From Synergistales bacterium (lineage in GTDB: Bacteria; Synergistota; Synergistia; Synergistales; JAFGMB01), in the NCBI GenBank assembly GCA_963666205.1, contig OY762654.1:448001-512000 (forward strand): a stretch of 64,000 nt of DNA, written 5' to 3'. Numbering within the stretch: the first letter of the stretch is position 1; every line of letters begins with the position of its first letter. This document shows positions 1 to 10,328 of this stretch, one piece after another. The notes beneath the pieces were generated by a model. The model was not told the origin of the DNA. It saw nothing but the letters and a program-made list of their open reading frames with translations, and searched no databases. Made by a program: the position numbers and the translations under genes.

Positions 1-2
1 GG

Positions 3-266
3 ACCATCGTTGGATCCAAGGGCAATAAGATGTTCTGGATCGTCATTGACGGAAGGAACTCCTGGCATAGCAGCGGTCTTACTCTGGATGAAACAAGAAA
101 GTTTGCGATCACTCAGGGACTGGGGGATGCTCTTAACCTTGATGGAGGCGGCTCTTCCGAGCTCTGGTGGAAAGGCTCTATAATAAACTCCATACCCGGA
201 GGAAAAGAGAGAAAACTTCCTTATTGCATAATCTTCCGGAAAGATCAGGACTGTAAGCTTGATTAA
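3..266 (+). CDS. Phosphodiester glycosidase (NAGPA/DUF2233) family protein, C-terminal part (5' end outside window)
   Basis: VIDGR...SSGLTL and ALNLDGGGSS motifs typical of the family; the frame is open to the window edge. Confidence 0.8.
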   Translation, partial: TIVGSKGNKMFWIVIDGRNSWHSSGLTLDETRKFAITQGLGDALNLDGGGSSELWWKGSIINSIPGGKERKLPYCIIFRKDQDCKLD

Positions 267-376
267 AGAAAGATGTCATGGATCAGGGGGAAAGTCCTTT
301 CAGAATCTTACCCTTTCAAGGAAAAGCAACACAGGTGAATGAATCTTTACGGGAACAACCAGAAATTATCATCCCC

Positions 377-814
377 TTAAATAATACTGACTTCAGTCTC
401 CGGACTGATCCTGTTTATAAAACCTTCCAACTCTTCAGGGCCTATATGTGTAAATTCAGCATTGACTGCTTTTTTTCTGGTTTTAAAGGATACCTTTACA
501 GATTGAGCACAGCCCTTGGCAAATACCTTTTCAACACTTTCCCAGGGTATCATGTCCTTACCTGATGCCCCCCATGCTCTGTAAATTCTCAATACTCCCT
601 CCGGGGAAACGAATACCTGTTTCTCAAAACCTCCTATAAATAGACAGCTGATGCCGAAGAGTGCGTAAGGGAAGGTCAGCTTCATCTGATCAATATTAAC
701 AGTAAAGAAAGTCTTCATACTATAACTGAGAAGAGCAAGACCAACGACAATTGTCAGTACCCTTCCCCAGCCGGGAAAGGGATTTTCAGATCTAGCCTTG
801 AGAATATCCTTCAT
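377..814 (-). CDS. Hypothetical membrane protein (two N-terminal TM helices)
   Basis: 145-aa ORF, GGAGGTG SD upstream, two hydrophobic segments. Confidence 0.7.
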   Translation of the reverse strand: MKDILKARSENPFPGWGRVLTIVVGLALLSYSMKTFFTVNIDQMKLTFPYALFGISCLFIGGFEKQVFVSPEGVLRIYRAWGASGKDMIPWESVEKVFAKGCAQSVKVSFKTRKKAVNAEFTHIGPEELEGFINRISPETEVSII

Positions 815-854
815 AAATAAGACACCTCCGAAATTGAACTGACTTCAGACTTCA

Positions 855-1769
855 TTACCAGAACTCGGGAAAATATTTATTTTTTAATCTTATAATTTCC
901 TCTTGTACAGTTTCCATAAAAAGGTCCTCAATAACCTTGTCCCTGGCTTCATCAAATGAAAGTTGTCTCCCATGTTCTTTGGAAATCACCTGAATCAGAT
1001 GGTATCCGTATTTTGATGGATAAGGTCCATGAAAACCTCCTGGATCCAGGGAAAAGACGGCCTCTTCAAGAGAAACGGGAATATCACCGCTGGTAAACCA
1101 ACCCAGCTTCCCACCATTTGAAACTGATGAAAAATCCTTGCTGTACAAATCCACAAGGGATTCAAAATCATTGCCAACCAGCAATTCAAGTATTATTCTG
1201 AAAACCAGTTTTCTCTGATGAACAAGAATGTGCCTTAGAAAAACACGATCCTTCGTAATATACTCTGCCTTATTGGCGACATAAAATCTCCTTAATGCAA
1301 CTTCAGAAGAAGATTTTACATTATATAGATCCCTAAGATAATGATCAGCAAGAACACACGATTTTTCCCATCTCGTGGCATAGGAATCGCCTTTTGTCAC
1401 AAGATTCTTATAGCCGGATTCCCATGCCAGTAACATTACATTCAGAATAACTTCATCAGGATTTTCTGAGGGTCTGGAACAGGCTTTATCCAAATATAAG
1501 AATTCTTTTATCTGATCCATGCTTTCTGCTTCCCTGATAAGAGATAATCCTTCAGCAGAAACCACAAGACACCGTTCTTTTCCTGCGAAAACAAGTCCCA
1601 TACTACTTTCAGCCCCTTTAGGTATGAAAAAGACTGTAAGTAGAAGGGAAAAGACACATAGTCCAAACCTGAAACAGGATAGTACACTTCTGCGGCCAGG
1701 CAGAAAAGGATTCCCATATCTGGGAAAACTGTCATTCAGGCAATCGCGAGGTTCTTTATTCAATATCAT
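855..1769 (-). CDS. PpiC/parvulin-type peptidyl-prolyl isomerase (PrsA-like); start uncertain
   Basis: RHILV, GGKLGWF and GPYPSKYGYHLI rotamase motifs; overlaps the clpC stop. Confidence 0.8.
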   Translation of the reverse strand: MILNKEPRDCLNDSFPRYGNPFLPGRRSVLSCFRFGLCVFSLLLTVFFIPKGAESSMGLVFAGKERCLVVSAEGLSLIREAESMDQIKEFLYLDKACSRPSENPDEVILNVMLLAWESGYKNLVTKGDSYATRWEKSCVLADHYLRDLYNVKSSSEVALRRFYVANKAEYITKDRVFLRHILVHQRKLVFRIILELLVGNDFESLVDLYSKDFSSVSNGGKLGWFTSGDIPVSLEEAVFSLDPGGFHGPYPSKYGYHLIQVISKEHGRQLSFDEARDKVIEDLFMETVQEEIIRLKNKYFPEFW

Positions 1770-4218
1770 TTCTGATGGTTATAAAATCCAGTTCGCCATC
1801 CTGTGTTCCAATCATGACCCTGGAGTTTTCTTTGAGACTGCCATCCAGTATCATATCTGCCAGTTTATCTTCCACGAGGTGCTGGATTATTCTTCTCAAT
1901 GGTCTGGCTCCGTACTTAGGATCATATCCTTTTTCCAGAATCAGTTCCTTTGCATCTATCGAAGCTTCCAGGACTATCTGATTATCAGACAATCTGGATC
2001 TAACCTCGCCTATCATTATGTCAACAATACGAAGCATTTCCTCCCTGCAGAGACTTTTAAATATTACGATTTCATCGATCCTGTTGATAAACTCCGGCCT
2101 GAATGTTTTCTTTACAGCTTCCATAATACCGGAACTTACTTTTTGCCAATCCAGGTCCTCTTCTTTCGAATTGCTGAATCCAAGAGCTTTTGTTCGGAAG
2201 ATATCCTTTGCTCCTATATTACTAGTCATAATTACTACAGAGTTCCTGAAATCAACAAGGTGACCTTGCCCGTCCGTAAGATGTCCATCTTCCATGATCT
2301 GTAGAAGGATATTGAACACGTCTGGATGTGCCTTCTCTACTTCATCGAAAAGGATTACAGAATATGGTCTTCGCCTTATGGATTCAGTAAGTTTCCCACC
2401 TTCCTCATACCCTACGTATCCAGGAGGGGCTCCGATCAGTTTTGCAGCTTCATGCCTTTCCATGTATTCGCTCATGTCAACACGAATGATAGACTCTTCG
2501 CTTCCAAAAAGAAATTCTGCCAACGCTCTTGCCAGTTCAGTCTTGCCAACTCCGGTAGGTCCAAGAAAAAGGAAACTGCCTATTGGACGTTTCGGATCTT
2601 TCAAGCCACTCCTTGTTCTCCTTATAGCACGGGAAACAGCGCTTACTGCCTCTTCCTGACCTATAAGTCTTTTATGTATTTCATCTTCCATCCTCAGGAG
2701 ACGTTTGCTTTCCAGCTCTGTAAGCTGAAGGACCGGGATACCAGTCCACTCGGATACTATTAGAGCTATGTCTGAAGCCAGGACAACTGGCTCTTCCAGA
2801 TCTCTCTGTGTGTGCCAGTCCTTTCTCTTTCTCTCAAGTCTTTCTGCAAGTTGTCTCTCCTGATCACGGAGATCAGCAGCCTTTTCAAAAGCCTGAGAAT
2901 CCACTGCAGCTTCTTTCTCTTTACATATATCATCAAGCTGTTTTTCAAGTTCCTTCAGATCAGCTGGAACTTCCATGGTTTCCAACCTAGCCCTGGCAGC
3001 AGCTTCATCCATAAGATCAATACTTTTATCGGGAAGAAACCTGTCACTTATGTATCTCTCTGAAAGTTTTGCAGCATAAGTAAGAGCCTCATCCGTTATC
3101 TTGACCCTGTGATGAGCTTCATATCTATCTCTCAGGCCAGCCAGGATCTTTATAGTATTCTCAACAGATGGCTCTTCGACCGTAACTGGTTGGAATCTCC
3201 TTTCCAGAGCTGCATCTTTTTCAATATGTTTTCTATACTCATCAAGAGTAGTCGCCCCTACTACCTGGAATTCTCCGCGAGCTAAGGATGGCTTCAGGAT
3301 ATTTGCTGCATCTACGGCACCTTCAGCACCACCGGCACCAACAATAGTGTGTATCTCATCAATAAAGAGAATAACCTCCCTGGATTCCTTCATTTCCTTG
3401 ACAAGTTTTCTCATGCGCTCTTCAAATTCTCCCCTGTACTTGGTGCCAGCTACAAGATTGCCCATATTAAGCTGAACAACCCTTTTACCCTTAAGAGGTT
3501 CCGGTATATCTCCTGCTGATATTTTCTGGGCCAGACCTTCCACAATAGCAGTCTTACCAACTCCAGGATCTCCAATAAGAACAGGGTTATTTTTTGTTCT
3601 TCTGGAGAGGATCTGGATAAGTCGCTTAATCTCCTTATCCCGTCCAATTACAGGGTCAAGCTCCCTTTTACCAGACATCTCTGTTAGATCTATCCCTAAT
3701 TGATCCAGATTTGGCGTTTTTGATCGTCCTGCTATCCTGACGCTCGAATGCCCCTTCAGTAAGTTTTCGTTTTCCTTTTCTGAATTTGATAGAAATTTAT
3801 TCAGTTCCTGACGAACTGTTTCAAGATCAAGACCATAAGAGTTCATAACCTGGAATGCTACTCCCTCTCCTTCTGCAAGAAGTCCCAACAGAACATGTTC
3901 CGTGCCAACATAATTCACTCTCATATTTCTGGCTTCGCTGATAGCAAGATCGAGAACCCTTTTGGCCCTTGGACTCAAAGGCAAATCTACTGGTCTCAGT
4001 TTTGATGGTCTAGTCCCAACCGCCTCTTCAATTCTGAGCTTCATTTCTTCAAGACCTATTCCGAGGGACTCGAGAACCTGTACAGCTACACCTTCTCCTT
4101 CGGCAATAAGACCAAGCAATATATGTTCAGTCCCGATAATATCGTGACCCAGCCTAAGGGCTTCCCTGTGTGCCAACTGGACTACCTTCTTGCCTCTTTC
4201 TGTAAAAAACTGCCACAT
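1756..4218 (-). CDS. clpC: ATP-dependent Clp protease ATP-binding subunit ClpC
   Basis: Clp-N repeats, two AAA+ modules ([16 protein letters not shown]), UVR-type middle domain; start MWQFFTER. Confidence 0.97.
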   Translation of the reverse strand: MWQFFTERGKKVVQLAHREALRLGHDIIGTEHILLGLIAEGEGVAVQVLESLGIGLEEMKLRIEEAVGTRPSKLRPVDLPLSPRAKRVLDLAISEARNMRVNYVGTEHVLLGLLAEGEGVAFQVMNSYGLDLETVRQELNKFLSNSEKENENLLKGHSSVRIAGRSKTPNLDQLGIDLTEMSGKRELDPVIGRDKEIKRLIQILSRRTKNNPVLIGDPGVGKTAIVEGLAQKISAGDIPEPLKGKRVVQLNMGNLVAGTKYRGEFEERMRKLVKEMKESREVILFIDEIHTIVGAGGAEGAVDAANILKPSLARGEFQVVGATTLDEYRKHIEKDAALERRFQPVTVEEPSVENTIKILAGLRDRYEAHHRVKITDEALTYAAKLSERYISDRFLPDKSIDLMDEAAARARLETMEVPADLKELEKQLDDICKEKEAAVDSQAFEKAADLRDQERQLAERLERKRKDWHTQRDLEEPVVLASDIALIVSEWTGIPVLQLTELESKRLLRMEDEIHKRLIGQEEAVSAVSRAIRRTRSGLKDPKRPIGSFLFLGPTGVGKTELARALAEFLFGSEESIIRVDMSEYMERHEAAKLIGAPPGYVGYEEGGKLTESIRRRPYSVILFDEVEKAHPDVFNILLQIMEDGHLTDGQGHLVDFRNSVVIMTSNIGAKDIFRTKALGFSNSKEEDLDWQKVSSGIMEAVKKTFRPEFINRIDEIVIFKSLCREEMLRIVDIMIGEVRSRLSDNQIVLEASIDAKELILEKGYDPKYGARPLRRIIQHLVEDKLADMILDGSLKENSRVMIGTQDGELDFITIRNDIE

Positions 4219-4583
4219 ACAGCACACACCCCCTTCATAGGTAAATTAATTCGATACATGATCTTTTAAGACCTGCACCCCTTATTGTTTTCCTTATTCT
4301 GCACCTGTAATCATCCATTGCAGCAAACCCGACCTATTGGAGGTTGTCAGAAAGATCAGTAAAGCCCTTAATACTGAATAGGGATACATTACTGAAAGAC
4401 AAATAATTTCATAACAACTTTTAACTCAACATGTCAAGGAAAGATAATGTTAACTCGATTTAAATATCTGACATCTTGCTCATAAAGAGGAACTTCCAGA
4501 AAAGGTAAGTTACCACATTTTAAATTTCCAGAAATCTGTTTTTTTGAGAATAGCCATTCATTGCGCCGGAAAAAGGAGTTCCG

Positions 4584-5066
4584 TTATGAAAGAGCCAGAC
4601 TCCCAAGCATTCTTTTTAGAAGTTCCGCCTGCAGAACATTTCTTTTGTAAGGAGAGATGTTAAAAACCGAGGCTCCAGTTTCATCTGTAAACCTGAGTGC
4701 TACCTCCACAAGAAGTCTTTCGCGGGAAGTAATCAGGCCTCTTTCCTGAAAAGCGGCAAGGATACTTTTAGCCTCTTGTTCACTTATGGAATCTCCAATG
4801 ATCTCTTCTATGTGGTTGATCTTGTCCTGAGGCATTTCATAGCATATCCTCAGAATCTTGATATATCCATGTCCACCTCGCTGGCTTTCAACAAGGTAGC
4901 CTCTTTCCGGAGTAAACCGGCTTCTCAGGACATAGTTTATCTGGCTGGGAACACAACCGAAAAATTCTGCGAGTTCCTTTCTTCTTAGAGAAACATAATC
5001 TCTTTCCTCTTCTTCTGTAAATAACTCATTGATGTAAGATTCAATGATCTCGGTTAAACTTGCCAT
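4584..5066 (-). CDS. ctsR: Class III heat-shock repressor CtsR
   Basis: CVPSQINYVL..RF....GY.VESQRGGHGYIKI signature; lies upstream of clpC. Confidence 0.95.
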   Translation of the reverse strand: MASLTEIIESYINELFTEEEERDYVSLRRKELAEFFGCVPSQINYVLRSRFTPERGYLVESQRGGHGYIKILRICYEMPQDKINHIEEIIGDSISEQEAKSILAAFQERGLITSRERLLVEVALRFTDETGASVFNISPYKRNVLQAELLKRMLGSLALS

Positions 5067-5102
5067 AGAAGGACCTCCTTCGTAAAACCTGCAACAGAGC
5101 CT

Positions 5103-5132
5103 ATTTTATGCATAAGGTCAGTATTCGTCAAT
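5103..5132 (-). promoter_or_regulatory. Sigma-70-type ctsR promoter overlapped by a CtsR-box-like heptad repeat
   Basis: Minus strand TTGACG-17bp-TAAAAT; plus strand GGTCAGT-ATT-CGTCAAT (5116-5132) resembles the RGTCAAAnnnRGTCAAA consensus. Confidence 0.7.
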
Positions 5133-5165
5133 ATACTAGTGACTGTTATTATTACAGAAGTGGTC

Positions 5166-5768
5166 CTATTCCTTTTTCTGTCCAATCTTTACCTCTGTCC
5201 CTGTAAGGATACGTCGGATATTCTGCTGATGTCTGCACAGGGATAAGATTGCTAAAAGTAATGAAGTCAGACTGTATTGGAAAGGACTTCCAATGATTAA
5301 GAAAAAGAGCGGTATTGAAAAAAGTGAAATTAGAGAGGCTAAAGAAACATATTGTGTAATTTTGAGAAAACACAACCAGACTATCCCACCAAGAATACCA
5401 ACAACAAAAGACCAGGGAGGGGAGAAGAAGATAATAACCCCAAAGGTTGTTGAAACACCCTTACCACCTTTAAAACCAAGCCATAGAGGGAAATTGTGAC
5501 CACATACACTCGCAAGACCAATAAGACTGATCATTAAAGGATCTCTTGTGCCAAAGGACATCGCGAGAAGGATGGCAACACCGCCCTTGAACATGTCCAT
5601 TGAGGCAACAATAACCGCCCATTTTTTACCAAGAAAACGACCAACATTCGTAGCTCCTATATTACCTGAGCCTAATTTGCGAATATCTGCTCCCTTCATT
5701 AGTCTGAATACAACATAACCGGAGGGAAATGAACCAAAAAGATAACCAAAAAGAATCCATAACAACAT
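5166..5768 (-). CDS. plsY: Glycerol-3-phosphate acyltransferase PlsY
   Basis: GSGNIGATN, GHNFP and FKGGKGV motifs. Confidence 0.95.
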   Translation of the reverse strand: MLLWILFGYLFGSFPSGYVVFRLMKGADIRKLGSGNIGATNVGRFLGKKWAVIVASMDMFKGGVAILLAMSFGTRDPLMISLIGLASVCGHNFPLWLGFKGGKGVSTTFGVIIFFSPPWSFVVGILGGIVWLCFLKITQYVSLASLISLFSIPLFFLIIGSPFQYSLTSLLLAILSLCRHQQNIRRILTGTEVKIGQKKE

Positions 5769-5769
5769 T

Positions 5770-7848
5770 TTAATCTACACCCCTGATCATAAAGGCATCT
5801 ACTATTACAGCCTCTTTTTCTCTGGCAAAAACCGGGTTGATTATAACCTCATGGAGCCCCTGTTCTACGAAGATAATTGCAGAGACCTGACTGACTATCT
5901 TAGCGAGTGAATCGACATCGTAACCTGGCTGTCCCCAAAGTCCTTTAAGAATAGGATAACCCTTCAGTTCCCGTATCATTTCAAGAGCAGTATCGACTTC
6001 TACAGGGGCAATACGAGTTGAGCGGTCATCAAGAAATTCCACATAAATTCCCCCAAGACCTACTGAAACCACAGGTCCAAATACAGGATCTCTTCTGGCG
6101 GAAATCATACACTCAATTCCTGTTTCAAGCATTTCCTGAACTAAAACACCAATTATTTCTGCCTCCGGATTGGCAACAATAGCCCTTTGAAGGGTTCTTC
6201 CATAAGCATTTCTGACTTCTTCAGAATCCCTGAGATCAAGAGCTATAATGCGTGCCTGGGATTTCTGCACAATATTCGGAGACATCACCTTAAGGGCGAC
6301 AGGATATCCGATTGTATCTGCAGCTTCGATAGCCTCTTCAAGGTTATGGCATAAGTTCTCCTCAGTAATTGCTAACCCGTACTCTGAAAGAAGTACTTTA
6401 GCATGATATTCAGTAAGTCCGGATGGAAGTTCCTCTAAAATATTCAACCCTTCTGGAAGCTGCGGAGGAATAGGATATTGTTTAACTTCAAGATAGAGAG
6501 CTGCAAGAGTTTGTGCGCATCTTCGGAAACTTGAAAAAACGGGTATTCCTGCCTCCTCAATGGCAGAAACTAGATGCTTCAGGTGCCTGTCACCTTGCAA
6601 CCAGCAACATACAATGGGTTTTCTGTTATGCCTGAATATCTGCAGAAGGCTTTTCAGTACCTGCTGAATCACTAAAGGTCGCACCAGTGACAGGACAACA
6701 ATTATCATGTCAATATCGGTCTGATTTACCAGATATTTCATGGATTGCAGGGATTCGGGAAGTGTAACAGGGTCCTCCCATAAATGGTGAGAAGGATTAG
6801 AAGTAGACTCATTCGGGAAATGGATTGAAGCTTCATTCGCGAGACTGCTTGCATTAATAAAAGAAAGAACTTCAAGACCCTCTTCAAGACAACGGTTACA
6901 CATGAGAATTCCTGAATCACGGGAAGTTGAGAATATTCCAACCCTGTTTCCTGTCGCTTTTCTGGACATGTTGAAGATATGTCCCAGATCAATAAGATCT
7001 TCAATATCCTTTATCTCAATAACCCCATACTGTTGAAACACCGATTGCCAGACTGCATCTTCTTCTTTTGCATCCCCATTATGGGATATACCCTTTACCC
7101 TGCAGGTTCCTAGCGAACCAGGATGGATTACAGCAACAGGTACATCTTGATTTCTGGCTTTTTTGACAATGTCAAGAAATCTTCGGCCGTCGGAAAGTTC
7201 ATGAAAAGAAAATACAAGGAATCTCAGATCCGGGTCTCTCAGCAGGAATTCCCCTATGTCAAGACAATCGATTTCAACACCCACTCCGGTAGTTACAACA
7301 TATCTGAAGGTAGTTCCTTTCTCAGCAGCAGAACAATAAAAAGAAAACCCAAGAGAACTATCCTGGGCAATAAGACCTATATTGCCTCCTTTCACTGGAG
7401 GCAATCCTGAGATTGAAGAACATGTAAGGGGAATACCATCCTTAAAATTCACGAAACCTAATGAGTCCGGGCCAAGTATACTGGTTGAGGATCCCGGATA
7501 GGTTTTCCTCAGATTTTCTGGTGAAGGGGTATTGTTGCATCCAGTTGTCAGGATAAGGAAGGGTACATTCATAGCCATTATTTCAGCAATACCTTCACAA
7601 GGTACATTTTCTGAATCCAGAAACATAACAACTTCAGGGATTTCAGGAAGTGATGATAGGGAGGGGTAACATTTCAGACCATAAATATAGTTTAATTCAG
7701 GATTAACTGGGAAGATACTTCCAGAATATCCATATTCCAGAAGCAGTTTGACAGGCATAGATGACATTTCATCCTTACGATCTGTAGCTCCTATAATTGC
7801 GATGCTCTCAGGTGACAAGAGATGTTGAAGATCCTTTTTTTGCTTCAT
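5770..7848 (-). CDS. ADP-forming acyl-CoA synthetase (acetate--CoA ligase) family, fused alpha/beta, divergent
   Basis: CoA-binding N-terminus (SIAIIGA, PVNP) and C-terminal ATP-grasp (GYPVALKV, DPVFGPVV). Confidence 0.85.
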   Translation of the reverse strand: MKQKKDLQHLLSPESIAIIGATDRKDEMSSMPVKLLLEYGYSGSIFPVNPELNYIYGLKCYPSLSSLPEIPEVVMFLDSENVPCEGIAEIMAMNVPFLILTTGCNNTPSPENLRKTYPGSSTSILGPDSLGFVNFKDGIPLTCSSISGLPPVKGGNIGLIAQDSSLGFSFYCSAAEKGTTFRYVVTTGVGVEIDCLDIGEFLLRDPDLRFLVFSFHELSDGRRFLDIVKKARNQDVPVAVIHPGSLGTCRVKGISHNGDAKEEDAVWQSVFQQYGVIEIKDIEDLIDLGHIFNMSRKATGNRVGIFSTSRDSGILMCNRCLEEGLEVLSFINASSLANEASIHFPNESTSNPSHHLWEDPVTLPESLQSMKYLVNQTDIDMIIVVLSLVRPLVIQQVLKSLLQIFRHNRKPIVCCWLQGDRHLKHLVSAIEEAGIPVFSSFRRCAQTLAALYLEVKQYPIPPQLPEGLNILEELPSGLTEYHAKVLLSEYGLAITEENLCHNLEEAIEAADTIGYPVALKVMSPNIVQKSQARIIALDLRDSEEVRNAYGRTLQRAIVANPEAEIIGVLVQEMLETGIECMISARRDPVFGPVVSVGLGGIYVEFLDDRSTRIAPVEVDTALEMIRELKGYPILKGLWGQPGYDVDSLAKIVSQVSAIIFVEQGLHEVIINPVFAREKEAVIVDAFMIRGVD

Positions 7849-7952
7849 CGCTAAATACCCTCCAGATTTGGACTGTCTTAGATTGTAACAGTTGAGATCA
7901 GTATTCGTCCATTTGCCGTACATCAGAGGCAGGTTGTCCGTTTTAACAGGGT

Positions 7953-7989
7953 AAAAAAAATTGCCTCATCCGGAGAACCGGATGAGGCA
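7953..7989 (-). terminator. Rho-independent terminator after tRNA-Leu
   Basis: 12-bp stem TGCCTCATCCGG/CCGGATGAGGCA, 4-nt loop, U-run on the minus strand. Confidence 0.85.
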
Positions 7990-8000
7990 TTCTTTTCCAA

Positions 8001-8087
8001 TGGTGCGGAGGGGGAGACTCGAACTCCCACAGGCTTGCGCCCACAGGCTCCTTAGGCCTGCGCGTCTACCAGTTCCGCCACCCCCGC
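8001..8087 (-). tRNA. tRNA-Leu, anticodon AAG
   Basis: GCGGGGGTGGCGGAACTGGTAGACGCG-CAGGC-CTAAGGA-GCCTG, long variable arm, GTTCGAGTC, ends ACCA; anticodon at 8051-8053. Confidence 0.93.
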
Positions 8088-8099
8088 ACAGCGAAGGTT

Positions 8100-8128
8100 A
8101 TTATAATAGGCTTAAGCCTTCACGTCAA
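8100..8128 (-). promoter_or_regulatory. Promoter of tRNA-Leu(AAG)
   Basis: TTGACG-17bp-TATAAT immediately upstream of the tRNA. Confidence 0.8.
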
Positions 8129-8138
8129 TACTGCTAAA

Positions 8139-8489
8139 TTAAAAAAATCTTCTTTCTTTAATACGGGCAGCTTTACCGCTCAGTTTCCTGAGATAATAAA
8201 GTTTAGCTCTACGGACTCTGCCATATCTTTTTACTTCAATCTTGTCAATGGAAGGACAATGTAGTGGGAAAATTCTTTCCACACCAATTCCGCCTGAGAT
8301 CTTTCTGACGGTGAAAGTCTCGTTTATGCCGCCATTCTTACGTGCTATGACAACACCTTCAAAGACCTGAACTCTCTCCCTACTGCCTTCCTTGACCTTA
8401 ACATGCACCCTGACAGTATCTCCTGAACGGAATTCAGGAATATCACTTTTCTGGTATTTCTTTTCTACCAGGCTCATTCTGGGATCCAT
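8139..8489 (-). CDS. rplS: 50S ribosomal protein L19
   Basis: [19 protein letters not shown] and [10 protein letters not shown] motifs. Confidence 0.98.
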   Translation of the reverse strand: MDPRMSLVEKKYQKSDIPEFRSGDTVRVHVKVKEGSRERVQVFEGVVIARKNGGINETFTVRKISGGIGVERIFPLHCPSIDKIEVKRYGRVRRAKLYYLRKLSGKAARIKERRFF

Positions 8490-8526
8490 AACAAACCCTC
8501 CTTATATCAGACATTTACAAGAATAA

Positions 8527-9783
8527 TTATCTTGAACCAAAGAATCTGTCCAAAGTTACCGCAACAGCACTCCTGACCGAAAGATGGTTATAGTCCAGGT
8601 TTCCACCTTTGATAGGCTGCATAATCGCATCGCACTGTTCTATTATTTCATCATGTAGGCCCCAACCTGTTCCAAAAACAAAAAGCAAGGGTCTATCTGT
8701 TTCCAGTACCATACGTTTAAGTTCCAGCCAGTGCAGAGAACCTGTCCTTATATTTGCAGAAGTTGCTATGATATATGGTTTTCCATGTTCTTTATCCTCT
8801 ACCCACTTACAGGCCTTTTCCATATCCGGGAAAAGTCTGATGAGCTTAAGAGCCTCTCCTCTGCTGGGAATGAAGGATGCTCCATATCCATCGATCCAAT
8901 GTTTAGTGATCTTTCTTACAAACTCCCGCTGACTGGGAACTGGCGATGTAACAAGAAACCGTTTTACGCCAAACGTTCTGCACGTTCTACTGATATCATG
9001 GAGATCCAGTCCCATTATGGCAGTGCTGTTCTTCTGGCCATTACGATCATAAACAGGGGAATGGATAAGCGAAACAAAGACCCCCTTCTTTAGGTACGGA
9101 AGGATATTTGCCCTGCCTAACATATCAGGTCTTCTTTTCATAGTCCTTGTAACGGCTTCATTTCTTCTCCAGTAATCTATTTCAGCCTTGTTACCTGAAG
9201 TGAGAACTTCCGGAACGTCTAGTCCATTCCATCCCGCTGGTCTCGTAAAATGCGGATGGTCAAGCATTCCACGGAAAAACGAGTCTTCTATGACTGCTTC
9301 CTGACGACCTACCACACCGGGAATCTGTCTTAACACCGAATCAATTATCGCCATTGCTGGAATTTCGCCACCAGTTAATACATAGTCACCGATGGAAACT
9401 TCAAGATCAACATACTTCTGAACAAATCTCTCGTCAATACCTTCATAGTGTCCGCAGATAATTACAATATGCTCTCTTGATGCGAGAGATTCAACAATCT
9501 CCTGGGTTAAAACTGCCCCCTGGGGACTTGGATAGAGAACAAACTTACCCGTCCCTGAATCAGAGAGGGATTCAAGGGCTATTTTCAAGGGTTCGGCCAT
9601 AAGTACCATGCCACCGCCCCCAAAGGCATAATCGTCTACCTGTCGATAATGACCTTGTGCAAAATCCCTTAGATCAATAACATCAAATTCAATGAGACCC
9701 TTTTCTACGGCTTTACCGATAATACTAGTAGAAAAGAAATTTCTCAGAAAATCGGGAAAAGCTGTAATAACAGAAACTCTCAT
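8527..9783 (-). CDS. trmD: tRNA (guanine37-N1)-methyltransferase TrmD fused to a C-terminal TM1570-like SPOUT domain
   Basis: CGHYEGIDER and SIGDYVLTGGE in the first ~230 aa, then LDLHDISR, FGTGWGL and YNHLSVRSA. Confidence 0.95.
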   Translation of the reverse strand: MRVSVITAFPDFLRNFFSTSIIGKAVEKGLIEFDVIDLRDFAQGHYRQVDDYAFGGGGMVLMAEPLKIALESLSDSGTGKFVLYPSPQGAVLTQEIVESLASREHIVIICGHYEGIDERFVQKYVDLEVSIGDYVLTGGEIPAMAIIDSVLRQIPGVVGRQEAVIEDSFFRGMLDHPHFTRPAGWNGLDVPEVLTSGNKAEIDYWRRNEAVTRTMKRRPDMLGRANILPYLKKGVFVSLIHSPVYDRNGQKNSTAIMGLDLHDISRTCRTFGVKRFLVTSPVPSQREFVRKITKHWIDGYGASFIPSRGEALKLIRLFPDMEKACKWVEDKEHGKPYIIATSANIRTGSLHWLELKRMVLETDRPLLFVFGTGWGLHDEIIEQCDAIMQPIKGGNLDYNHLSVRSAVAVTLDRFFGSR

Positions 9784-10328
9784 TAATCGAACAATCCTTC
9801 AATAAGATCTACTTCTATCGTTTTATTGACAAGGTCGATCTTTTTAATGAACTGGCCGACTGCGGGGATATGCTTCTCTTTTCCATCCGTAGATAGCACT
9901 TCGTACACATCGTTTTCACCTATGTCAAGAACGTTTATAACATGTCCCAATTCTTCTCCGGTCTCTCTGTTTACAACTTTCAACCCGATGATATCATCAA
10001 CCCAGTATTCCCCTTCCGAAAGATCATGTTTCTCGGATTCGGGTATTTTAATCAACCCACCCCTTAGAGCTTCTGCGGCATCCCGGTCGTTGATCTCATC
10101 AGTATCAATAATAAGATAACCTTTACTTTCAAGAGTTCTCACGTTCCGCACTGAAAGAGAACAAATAAAATTCCCTTCTTTTGAGTACACATGGAGTTCA
10201 GACATCTCGTGAAATCTTTCAGGGTAATCAGTCAGGGGCTGTAACTTGATAGTACCCTTTACTCCATGGGGGCCGACAATGCGACCCACAGTTACCAGTT
10301 CATAGGAACCCATTACGGTCATCCTCAT
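9783..10328 (-). CDS. rimM: Ribosome maturation factor RimM
   Basis: GRIVGPHGVKG motif, PRC barrel, operon position. Confidence 0.95.
   Translation of the reverse strand: MRMTVMGSYELVTVGRIVGPHGVKGTIKLQPLTDYPERFHEMSELHVYSKEGNFICSLSVRNVRTLESKGYLIIDTDEINDRDAAEALRGGLIKIPESEKHDLSEGEYWVDDIIGLKVVNRETGEELGHVINVLDIGENDVYEVLSTDGKEKHIPAVGQFIKKIDLVNKTIEVDLIEGLFD

Noticed and set aside
1519-2763. Long plus-strand ORFs (e.g. 1519-2304, 261 aa) and similar antisense ORFs throughout the window
   Set aside because: They are shadows of well-supported genes on the opposite strand, with no recognisable motifs.
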